In this document: in pieces, positions 55,146 to 63,872 of the stretch
How the letters are laid out: every line of letters begins with the position of its first letter
Numbering within the stretch: the first letter of the stretch is position 1
Source of the DNA: an uncultured Acidimicrobiaceae bacterium
GTDB lineage: Bacteria > Actinomycetota > Acidimicrobiia > Acidimicrobiales > RAAP-2
Length of the DNA: 64,000 bases
NCBI GenBank assembly: GCA_963807675.1
Contig: CAWECP010000009.1
Location: 2,030-66,029 of the forward strand
Direction: 5' to 3'
The notes under the pieces: generated by a model
The model's database searches: none
What the model was told of the DNA's origin: nothing
The model's input: only the letters and a program-made list of their open reading frames with translations
Program-made: the position numbers and the translations under genes

Positions 55146-55176
55146 TGCATGGGCATGCCCTGTGCATGCCCATGCA
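55146..55176. repeat. perfect 13-bp stem hairpin TGCATGGGCATGC-cctgt-GCATGCCCATGCA
   Basis: Seen directly, in a stretch without convincing ORFs. Confidence 0.6.
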
Positions 55177-55371
55177 GTTGCCCTGCTCAAAGGGTTTCGG
55201 GGGTGGGTGCGGCGATCTCGACTTCGGCCGAGACTACGACGGGCAGGTTGAGGGGAACGGTAGCGACTCCGCTGGCGGTATGGGCGTGACTGCCTGTGTC
55301 GGATCCAAGACGTAACGCAAGCCAGCGCTAGCCCAAGTTCCGGCGCACCGCCCGGCTCGATTCGCAAGATC

Positions 55372-55901
55372 TCAGACGATCGGCGGCTGGTCCTTGAGCG
55401 CTGCGGTCTTATCGGGGTTAAGCCTGACCCAGATTGACGTGATCAGGCCATCGACAGCCTCGGCAGTGATCACGATCGGCCCCTCGGGCGAGTCCAGCAC
55501 GAGGGAAGGGCTGGAGTTGACCTCGAGAAGGCGTACAGGGGGCAGCTCGTCCCGGCTCGATCGGGTTTCGAACCCCATAAGCCTCGAGGCGCCCTTCATG
55601 AGCTGCAGCACCCGCGCGGCGCCGACAACAGGGTGTCTGCTTGCGCGCCGGGCGGGGCCCGCATCGGAGGTGCACACGACGTCGGGATCAACGAGGCTTA
55701 AGGCCTTCTCTTCGTCGCCCGCGAGCACGGAGCTCATCAACTTTGCGAGCAGTTCGGCTGAGGCCGGGGACGGAGTGCGAACCCCAGCACCTGGCCCGCG
55801 GAGAGCATCTTTCGCCTGGCGCGCGAGACGAGCTGCCTGCACGCCGGCTCGCTCTTTCCGAGGACCTCGGCGATGACCGGGTAGGGCTCGCCGAACACGT
55901 A
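55372..55901 (-). pseudogene. 3' remnant of a SigJ-like ECF sigma factor (region 4 plus SnoaL-like C-terminal domain)
   Basis: VFGEPYPVIAEVLGKSEPACRQLVSRARRKM (region 4) in one frame. ELLAKLMSSVLAGDEEKALSLVDPDVVCTSDAG...ITSIWVRLNPDK in another. Regions 2 and 3 are absent. Confidence 0.5.
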
Positions 55902-55903
55902 GC

Positions 55904-56053
55904 CTGGAGCCGAACATCACTGACGGGCGCCGGAGTCGTGTCGAGCGCAGATGGCGCGCGTTGGACGATTGAACGGTGGGGACGGTGCGAGTTGTAGTAC
56001 TCGAAGTACTCCGCGAGCACCGTCTCTAGATGGCGGCGTCCGATGACGAGCAT
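55904..56053 (-). pseudogene. C-terminal remnant of a DDE (rve-type, IS481/IS3-like) transposase
   Basis: DRMLVIGRRHLETVLAEYFEYYNSHRPHRSIVQRAP is the typical ...HL..VL.EY..HYN..RPHR.L tail. A stop codon lies immediately upstream. Confidence 0.5.
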
Positions 56054-56112
56054 CCGGTCGACCGCCTGTCAGGTTTCGGGCTGCGAACGTGTCTTAGGCC
56101 GAGGCGGGCGAG

Positions 56113-56490
56113 ATGCTCGGGATCTCCCGGGCTTTCGCCTACGAGTTGGTGGCCCGAGGCGAGCTCCCCGTGATCCGGCTCGGTCGCCGGCGCCTGGTCC
56201 CGAAGGTGGCCCTCTTGGCTCTGGTCGGCCAGTCCGAGCCCGAAGCGTCGTCGGCCCCTGACCCACCGCTGAGTCTCCCGTGCTCTCCATCGGCAAGATG
56301 GTGGCGCGCTCAGGTGAGTACTACCTCGCCACCGTCGCCAGCGGGCGCGAGGAGTACTACACCGGATCGGGGGAGTCGCCGGGATTTTGGCTCGGCCAAG
56401 GGGCTCGGCGCCTCGGGTTCGAGGGTGCCGTGGAACCGGACGACCTCCGCCGGGTGCTCGCCGGGATCTCACCCAATGGCGAGATCCTGA
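56113..56490 (+). CDS. excisionase/MerR-like helix-turn-helix protein (Xis-like); 3' end doubtful
   Basis: MLGISRAFAYELVARGELPVIRLGRRRLVPKVALLALV. An in-frame TAG lies five codons upstream of the ATG. The ORF tail overlaps the relaxase fragment. Confidence 0.45.
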   Translation: MLGISRAFAYELVARGELPVIRLGRRRLVPKVALLALVGQSEPEASSAPDPPLSLPCSPSARWWRAQVSTTSPPSPAGARSTTPDRGSRRDFGSAKGLGASGSRVPWNRTTSAGCSPGSHPMARS

Positions 56491-56565
56491 CTGCCGGTCG
56501 GGTCGACGAGGCCAAGCGGGTGGCCGGGTTCCACCTCACCTTGTCGGCCCCCAAGTCGGTCGGAC
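56280..56565 (+). pseudogene. N-terminal fragment of a MobF (TrwC-type) relaxase
   Basis: MLSIGKMVARSGEYYLATVASGREEYYTGSGESPGFWLGQGARRLGFEG...RVAGFHLTLSAPKSV. Similarity stops about 95 aa in, where the convergent ndh gene ends. Confidence 0.6.
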
Positions 56566-56576
56566 AGAGAAACCGC

Positions 56577-57857
56577 TTACATTCGCGGGTGGTCCACATC
56601 GAGTGGGATCGAATCAGCGCTGATCGCTGTGACCGACGACTCTTCTTGAGGCGTGACGGCGTTCAGCGCCCAGTCAGTCAGCACCCGCATCCGATTTCCA
56701 GACATTGCCGATAGGTGGTATCCCCGTGTCACGGCGTTCGCTGCCGCCCCGGACAAGGGCATGTGCAGCGGGTTCGCCGCTCCGGCGAGTCCCCCCAAGT
56801 CGACAAGAAAGCCCAGGTCGCGGTGCTGGTAGGACTTGGCCTTTCCGGTTCCGATTGAGGCGGCCACATTCCGAGCTACTTGCTTCCCCTGCCGCTGAGC
56901 GTGCTGCGCCGTCATGCCACAGATCTGTCCCGGGCGGGTGAGATCGGGGACAGCCGCGCAATCTCCACATGCATAGATTCCATCGGCGCCCGGGACACGC
57001 ATGAACTTATCCACCACCAATCGTCCGCTGTTCGTTGCGAGCGGGAGACCGTCGACGAACGGGTCGGCACGAACCCCGACGCACCAGATCAGTGATCGCG
57101 TCCGCACCTTTTCACCGGTCGTCAGCTTGACGTAACCAGCACTCGCTTGGGCGACAGACTCACCAGTTAGCACCTCAACGCCGCGGCGGCGAAGCACCCG
57201 CTCCGCGGTTTTGGACAGACGCTGATCGAGGCCCTGGAGCAGCCGGGTCCCGTTGTCCAGCAACATCCAGCGAATCTGCTGCCCATCCAATCCTGGCATT
57301 GTCTTGACCAACCGCAATGTCATCAGCTGACCGTGTGCAGTGACCTCCGTGCCGGTGTAGCCCCCGCCGACAACGACGAATGTGCAGCGCGCCATGCGTT
57401 CTTCAGGATCACTAGTAACAGCCGCCAGTTCGAGCTGACGAACGATGTGGTCGTGCAGGTACATGGCCTCCTTCAGGCTGCGGAACCCATGTGCATAGTC
57501 GGCCACGCCTGGGATCGGCAGCAACTTGTCGACACTCCCAGCGCTCAGGATGAGATGGTCGTAAACGACCTGGCCTGATGCGCCCTCAGGTCCGTCCCAG
57601 CTGACGATTTTTCGCGCAGGATCGACATGCCTCACGGTTCCGAGCACAAACCGCGTCTTAGGCAAGCGACCTGGCAGGGATACGCGGATATGACGTGGTT
57701 CGACCAGTCCACCGGCGACCTGCGGCATCAGCGGGAGGTACAGGAAATAGTCAGTCGTATTGATCACGACGATCTCGGTTGTCGCATCACACAAGCGAGA
57801 GAGTTCACGGGCGGCGTTGAAGCCGGCGAATCCAGCCCCGATAATGATGACTTTGTG
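56577..57857 (-). pseudogene. ndh: type II NADH dehydrogenase (NDH-2), separated from its first 7 codons by an ISL3 insertion
   Basis: HKVIIIGAGFAGFNAAREL (GxGxxG) and a second dinucleotide fold FVVVGGGYTGTE. The original start MPSPQKK lies at 59293-59273, on the far side of the IS. Confidence 0.8.
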
Positions 57858-57865
57858 CTTCTTTT

Positions 57866-59272
57866 GGGTCTTCTGCCGGATTCGTGGGTCATGAGGTACT
57901 CGCCCATGGCAGCTGAGGGGCGATGCCGGCTCGGTCCAACATGATCATGGTGATGAAGCTCTCGGGATCGTGGAAGCCCCGAGCAGCAGATCGGATCCGG
58001 CCGATGGCCGCGTTGTTGGATTCGGAGATCCCGTTGGTCAGTTTCCATTCGATCGTCGCCTCGATGGAAGCTCGGTACTTGCGGATCGTGCGGGCCAGCT
58101 TCACGAATGGGCCGAGCCGCGAGCGCGAGGCGTAGGACAGCCAGTCGTCGAGGGCCCGTTTCGCGGCGATGAGCGGCATCGACATGATGTCGCGCAATTC
58201 TTCCTTCAGCTGCCACCCCCGGAAGCTGCGCTTGTTGGCCCGCTCGAGGTCGCGGATCGTCCCCTTCTGTTTGGGAGAGAGGTTCTCCCAGTTGCGCATG
58301 AGCATCCAGCGCAACCCCTTGAACTCCTTGGCGGCGGCGGCTCCGCCGTTGCGCCGCAGCGTGTTCCACTCCGCTCGGCGGACGTCGTCGAGGGCCTTGG
58401 TGGCCCAGCCGATGAGATGGAAGGTGTCGAGGCAGATGAGCGCGCCCTCGGCCCGCTGCGCCACCACGGCGCGGATCCACTCGGCTCCGTCGCAGGTCAC
58501 AAATTGGAGTTGTGCTGCCCGTTCGTCTCCCAAGGCGTCGAAGAACGCCCCGACGGTCGCCTTGGTCCTGCCCTTGGCGGCCCAGATCACCCGGCCGCTC
58601 ATGTGGTCGCACACGACCGTCAAGTACCGCTGGCCCTTCTTGTACTTCACCTCGTCGATGGCGACGGCGACGAGGCCCTCCAAAAGGTCAATGCGCCCGA
58701 GCGCCTCGGTGGCCACGCGCACGCACATGTGGTCGACGGCGCGCCACGAGACGCCGTAACGCCGGGCCGCGGCCAGCTTGGACGAGACGATGGCGTCGAA
58801 GACCACCAGGTCCTCGAAGGCCCGGGTGAACCAGCTGTCGTGGCGGGCCCAGGGAACCTCCGCCACGGTCACTCCGTGCTCGGGGCACCTCACCCTGGGT
58901 GCGGCGGCCACCAGTTCGCAGGTGGCGAAGCACACGTCGACGTGACGCCAACGTCGCTCACCGCCGCCGTTGTCGAACCACGGCGACACGACCCCGCACC
59001 TGCCACAACGGCCCCTGGCGCCCACCTTGGTGCGCACCCAGACCTCGAGGCGGTCCCGGCCTCCGGCCTGGCCCTCGACCAGGTCTCGCCCCATGACCAC
59101 CACGGTGCAAACACACAGACCCAGCAGGTTTCTCAGTACGCTCTTGTCGCGCACGCCGTCCTCCTCCTCGATTTCCAGCTCCGAAGCCAGAAACCGTAGG
59201 AATGAGGCGGCGTGTCGCCGCGGATGGTTGGGTCAGCCCGAGTCAGGCACCCACGAGAGCGTCACAAGACCC
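57866..59272 (-). mobile_element. ISL3-family insertion sequence, 1407 bp
   Basis: Imperfect terminal inverted repeats GGGTCTTCTGCCGGATTCGTGGG (57866-57888) and GGGTCTTGTGACGCTCTCGTGGG (complement of 59250-59272), 18/23 identical. Flanked by the 8-bp direct repeat CTTCTTTT (57858-57865 and 59273-59280). Confidence 0.85.
57889..59154 (-). CDS. ISL3 family transposase
   Basis: 421 aa. N-terminal zinc-finger-like CGRCG...CPEHG and a DDE_Tnp_ISL3-type body (AIDEVKYKKGQRYLTVV...). Confidence 0.9.
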   Translation of the reverse strand: MRDKSVLRNLLGLCVCTVVVMGRDLVEGQAGGRDRLEVWVRTKVGARGRCGRCGVVSPWFDNGGGERRWRHVDVCFATCELVAAAPRVRCPEHGVTVAEVPWARHDSWFTRAFEDLVVFDAIVSSKLAAARRYGVSWRAVDHMCVRVATEALGRIDLLEGLVAVAIDEVKYKKGQRYLTVVCDHMSGRVIWAAKGRTKATVGAFFDALGDERAAQLQFVTCDGAEWIRAVVAQRAEGALICLDTFHLIGWATKALDDVRRAEWNTLRRNGGAAAAKEFKGLRWMLMRNWENLSPKQKGTIRDLERANKRSFRGWQLKEELRDIMSMPLIAAKRALDDWLSYASRSRLGPFVKLARTIRKYRASIEATIEWKLTNGISESNNAAIGRIRSAARGFHDPESFITMIMLDRAGIAPQLPWASTS

Positions 59273-59461
59273 CTTCTTTTGCGGACTCGGCATTTCAGAT
59301 CCTTCTAGTGGCGTCTATGGGCAAAGGTGATCTGGAGAACCCGCATTGGCGTCCGGAATGTAAAGGCGGCGATTCAAAGTCTTCGCCCCCATCGGATGTT
59401 CACAATGAAGGCCCGCCTCCCGGGAAGAGGGGTTATGGCGGTGATTCGCACACAATCGCCC

Positions 59462-59734
59462 TCATGAATGTGTGAGCACGTCATCGTTTTCCTTGTTGGA
59501 CAGAACGACGTCCAATGGTGGTTCGGGCGACGTCGGGGGCGCTGCCAAGGGTGCATCCTCAGGGTGTCCTTGTTGAGCGGATCGCGCCCGCCTCCTATCC
59601 TCGAACAGCATGCCTATATGGGGAAACAGAAGCAGCCCCAGTACTAGCGACCCGAGTACAGCCGTGAAGAAAATCAACTTCCACAATGGCGTATGCAACC
59701 CGGTGACGACGACCACAAGCGAAGTGGTGTTCAT
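59462..59734 (-). CDS. small two-TM protein, hypothetical
   Basis: 90 aa with two hydrophobic helices. No family recognised. Confidence 0.3.
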   Translation of the reverse strand: MNTTSLVVVVTGLHTPLWKLIFFTAVLGSLVLGLLLFPHIGMLFEDRRRARSAQQGHPEDAPLAAPPTSPEPPLDVVLSNKENDDVLTHS

Positions 59735-60277
59735 GCTGGAGACCCTTCGCGAGTCACACCGCCCGGCATCGAAAAGAACATTCTCAACTCCTCCATCAAC
59801 TGGACATGTTTCACACTGACGACTGACGTCATGCGTCGAGCCTGTGGCGACCCCTTGTCGATACAGGTGCCTCCTAGGATCTCGCGAACCCGGGTAGATC
59901 GCCGAAGGATCAAGTGTGGGACTCCTCGGCCCGAGCGGTTTATCGGTGCTGCGACTTCGGCCGCCGGGGTGTGAATCACGAGGCCAGGTCGCGCCGGCCC
60001 CATGAGTTGCTCGATCTCACGCAAGCGGCTTGAGAAGCCCGCTGCAGGGTATGGGCTCGGGAACAAGCCCTGGAATCCTCCTCGCCTTGTGCAGTTTTGG
60101 CACTCGCCAATCGACCCGCCGTGGGTGGCGTTGGCGCAGGCCAATCAAGCCATCAACGTGCCACTGCGTGCTCAGTGAGAGGCTCGCTGTGGACGACCTG
60201 CTTAATTGGTTGCCTAGGAGACCGGGATGAGCGCGACGAGTGTCGTGCCGCGGAAACAGACGCGCTGATTCGCAGAC

Positions 60278-61597
60278 CTAGCTGGGCGGCAGGGTAGGCG
60301 CCTTGAGCCTCCGCTTGCGTGGGAACGCTGTGAGGCGGGACCTACGAGAGGCCTCCTCTTGGCTTCTCCGCAATACCAGGGAAACAATGGCCAAGACCAT
60401 GAGACCCCCGATACCGAGGGAATACACCACGGCGGTCGCCCGCAAACCGAAGACGGAGACCACCGAACCGGCAATTACAGCCGGCACCCCGAATGCCGAG
60501 TAAGTGACGGTGAAGATTGATGCGATGAGTCCTGCCCGATCATCGGAAGGAGCGAGTGCGACGACAGTTCGAAACGCTCCCAGAAAAGCAGGTCCCCAAC
60601 CAAGTCCAGCAATAGCTGCCGCCAGAAGGAAAATTGCGGACACATCGCAAATGACAGCGATGCACGTCAGTACCGTGCCCGCGAGGAGCGTCAGACAGCC
60701 AGTCAACATGACGCTGGACGCATTCGAGTGACGGAGGAAAAAGGCAGCTATGGATCCGAGACCAGTTAGAAGGAAGATGGAAACTCCACCCCATACTAAG
60801 TTCCCCGATTCAAATAGATGGCTCACCAGAGACGGTCCGAGTGACAAATAAAATCCGCTGAGTGCCCAAACACCAATGAAGCAGGGGACCGCAATCAGAA
60901 ATGTCTGGCGGGCGCCCGATGGAATTCGAAGCTCCGGACGAAGAGACGAGAGAACGCCAGAGCGGACTACTCCGGTCTCGGGAATCCAGATCAGCAATGT
61001 TGTAGCCATGGCGAAGACGACCACGAGAATCCACCAGATGAATCGCGTTGGTGCCGGACCATACTCAATGAGAACGCTCGCGCCGAGGGCACCCAACGCA
61101 AGTCCAACGCCTGGCATAGTGCTCGCAACAAACGGAGCTCTCTCCCCATCCACGTCCAAATCGACGAGCAATGCGCCTGCCGCTCCCGTCGTTATACCCA
61201 CCGCGATTCCCTGTAGGGCGCGGCCGACCAAGAGCGATACAACTCCATTTGCCGTCAGGAAAACGACGCATGCGACGAGATCGGTGACAAGACCAGCTGC
61301 AATGACCGGCCTTCGACCTACGAAATCGGAGACGGAACCGAAGATAAGAAGCGCGCCCAATGTAAAGATTGCGTAGATAGCGAAGATTACCGTCAGCGTG
61401 AAGGTCGAGAATCGCCATTCGGATCGATACAGTCCGTAGAGAGGAGCGGGTACGGCAGAGGAAGAGATCAGGAGGAAAATCACTCCCGCGCTGAACCAGA
61501 ATGTTGCTTTCTTGGAACGTATCCGAAAAGATCGCAGACCGATTGCAACATTGTCTCCCCGGATCCCTCGATGATTGGTTTGGTTGGAGATGGCCAT
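60278..61597 (-). CDS. MFS transporter
   Basis: 439 aa, about 12 TM helices, with MFS motif A GSVSDFVGRRP. Confidence 0.85.
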   Translation of the reverse strand: MAISNQTNHRGIRGDNVAIGLRSFRIRSKKATFWFSAGVIFLLISSSAVPAPLYGLYRSEWRFSTFTLTVIFAIYAIFTLGALLIFGSVSDFVGRRPVIAAGLVTDLVACVVFLTANGVVSLLVGRALQGIAVGITTGAAGALLVDLDVDGERAPFVASTMPGVGLALGALGASVLIEYGPAPTRFIWWILVVVFAMATTLLIWIPETGVVRSGVLSSLRPELRIPSGARQTFLIAVPCFIGVWALSGFYLSLGPSLVSHLFESGNLVWGGVSIFLLTGLGSIAAFFLRHSNASSVMLTGCLTLLAGTVLTCIAVICDVSAIFLLAAAIAGLGWGPAFLGAFRTVVALAPSDDRAGLIASIFTVTYSAFGVPAVIAGSVVSVFGLRATAVVYSLGIGGLMVLAIVSLVLRRSQEEASRRSRLTAFPRKRRLKAPTLPPS

Positions 61598-62236
61598 GTC
61601 TATTCAGTCAAGGTCGATGTTGCCGCGGCTGATTTTTCCGAATACGTCCTGTTACTTCAGGAAGACGCCGGCATTCGAGCAGCGCCTCGGACGATGAACT
61701 TCGGATTTGTTGTGCAACATTTCTAGCTGCAGAAGGAGTGCGATAGCCCGGGCTGCATCGATCAAGAAAGCGAATCCATGGAGAAGGGTTTGAACTACTT
61801 CCGGCACTTTTGGCGATGATTCGAGGTTCTTCACGTTGTCGCCCCGTTCTGGCCTGCGAATATTCTTCGTCTTAGTGTGAGGTTTCCACCTGAACAGATC
61901 ATTCGAACCCGTGACAGGTACTGGTCGGGACCTTCGAATACGAATCTACGAAGCAATGGGGCCGCTCCGCCCGCTCGACTCAGGCGCGGCAATCGAAGTC
62001 GCCAAGCGCTCTAGTCCGACGCCGCAGAGGCTGCACACACTTGGGTGTTTCACGGGTGCGAGAAGGGCGACTTGAGGCCATGCTGACACGTAGTCGGGAC
62101 CGTTCCTTTTGACTCAGAAGCGTTTCGGAGTCGGGGCTTGTGCGGGACGAACTGCGAAATCGGAAGAGAACTGGACCAGCGTCATCCATGATCCCGCGGC
62201 ACCGGTGCTTCCGTCCGCGGGGAGAAGGAGCCAGCC

Positions 62237-62709
62237 ATGAGCAACGAGCTTCCCGTCCCTCGTCTGACAATGATCTTCCGCCTCGAGGCCACTCTCGGAG
62301 AGCCTCTTGAGCTCGGGCAGACAGCGTGGGGTCATCGCCGGATCGTGCCTCAGACCAGCGGGACGTTCAGCGGCCCTGAAGTCAGGGGAATACTGCTACC
62401 AGGCGCAAGCGCAGATTGGCAGATGATCCTGCCCGACGGGACTGCTCTCGGCGACATCCGCTACACGCTCCAGACCGACGGTGGCGATCTCCTCTATGTC
62501 CAGTCGCGAAGTATCCGCCACGGCAGCGCCGAGGTCCTGGCACGGCTCGGGCGCGGCGAGGACGTGGAGGCAAGCGAATACATGTTTAGGACTTCGACTC
62601 AGATCCAGACCGCAGTCCCCAGCTCGACTGGCTCAACAAGGGCATCTTCATCAGCGTCGGTGGTCGGCAGCCTGGTGGCGTGATCTACGAGACCTACCTC
62701 GTCGCATGA
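62237..62709 (+). CDS. DUF3237-family protein, apparent 1-nt deletion at a C4 run (62617-62620)
   Basis: GHRRIVPQTSGTFSGPEVRGILLPGASADWQ...IRYTLQTDGGDLLYV. The expected tail LDWLNKGIFISVGGRQPGGVIYETYLVA is in the next frame. Length is 3n-1. Confidence 0.75.
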
Positions 62710-63199
62710 CACTCCTTATGTAATACCCGGTGCAAGATGGGTGTGCGCGGAGCAGCGCGGCAACCGCAGTTTCACCTCGCACCCCGGACCCCTTCATTCC
62801 GACGAATCCTGCGAGCATTTGCATTGGAATCGCGCCAGCCTCCGATTTGGAAGTCGATTCAACTGATCAACCGGCGCTAATCGCGAGCGATTTGGACTCT
62901 CGGAGACTCCTCGTCAACCGGAGTCATCACAGCGAGCGAAATGCAGTGGTAGGCCGACATCCGGATTAGGTGGCCCGTGGTTAAGCCCGGCACCCCTGCC
63001 GGGGGCGGATTATCGAGGACGGCTGGAGAACACTCGATGATGTCTTGACGGAATCGCCGAGTAGGCGAACTCAGTGGGCTTGTTTGATTACGGACGAAGG
63101 GGCAGGGCAACGATCGGCAACAAGGGGTTTCTTCGGGTGCGAGGGATCACTGGAGCCGTCACCGTGATTGAACAGGCCAAAATTTTTGGAGGTGACCCG

Positions 63200-63872
63200 A
63201 TGAATAGAGCCGACGTAAGCAGTGAAACCAGGAGGAAGATTCCGACCCCAGGGGTTGTGGAGGTGAACCTCGAAGTGATCGTCATCGCAGTTGGAGATGT
63301 TGACCGGGCGAAGCGTTTCTATGAGAGCCTCGGCTGGAGGCTCGACGCCGACGTCGATGGTGGTCAGGACTTCCGCCTGATCCAGTTCACTCCTCCGGGA
63401 TCTGGGTGCTCGGTGCAATTCGGGATCAACCTCATCTCGGCCACACCCGGCTCGGGCCAAATTTCGTACCTGGTCGTCTCGGACGTCGAGGTGGCGCGCA
63501 ACGACCTGATAGCCCGGGGCGTGGAGGTGAGCGAGGTATTCCACGAGGGGCGGCCAGGCAGTCGATTCCACGAAGCCGGTCGTGTGCTCGGACCCTCGCC
63601 CGAACGCAGCAGTTATGGCTCGTTTGCATCGTTCAGCGATCCGGACGCCAACGGGTGGCTGATCCAGGAGGTCACGACGCGGCTTCCCGGCCGCATTCGA
63701 CCCGGGTGCGACGATCTACGCATCGGAGAGCGACCTGGCGGAGGCGCTTCGGCGTGCCGCACGGGCCCACGGGAAGCACGAGAAGCAGATGGGCGTAGCC
63801 GATCCGGATTGGTCCGATTGGTATGCGAAGTACATGGTGGCCGAGCGGGCAGGCCACAAACTGCCGACCTGA
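63200..63872 (+). CDS. VOC (glyoxalase/bleomycin-resistance) family protein, apparent 1-nt insertion near 63691-63697
   Basis: RBS GGAGGTGA, then VIVIAVGDVDRAKRFYESLGWRL...SFSDPDANGWLIQEVTTRLPGR. The tail FDPGATIYASESDLAEALRRAARAHGKHEKQMGVADPDWSDWYAKYMVAERAG is in the next frame. The first frame is not in the ORF track because it has no stop before the window end. Confidence 0.75.

Noticed and set aside
57840-57892. Homopolymer (A4/T4) frameshift joining MTHESGRRPK to KKHKVIIIGAG as the ndh start
   Set aside because: This was my first reading. It is superseded by the ISL3 terminal repeat and 8-bp duplication, which show that MTHESGRRP is IS-end sequence and that the true start lies at 59293.
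59731-60144. 137-aa minus ORF between the MFS gene and the small membrane ORF
   Set aside because: No motif, no hydrophobic or domain-like pattern, and several equally long ORFs overlap it on other frames. Not supportable as a gene.
61598-62236. Possible regulator between the MFS transporter and DUF3237 genes (for example the 60-aa ORF 61652-61834)
   Set aside because: I could find only short ORFs without a helix-turn-helix signature. The region may hold a decayed regulator, but nothing can be supported.
63071-63571. 166-aa minus-strand ORF
   Set aside because: Antisense to the VOC-family gene, which has an RBS and family motifs.
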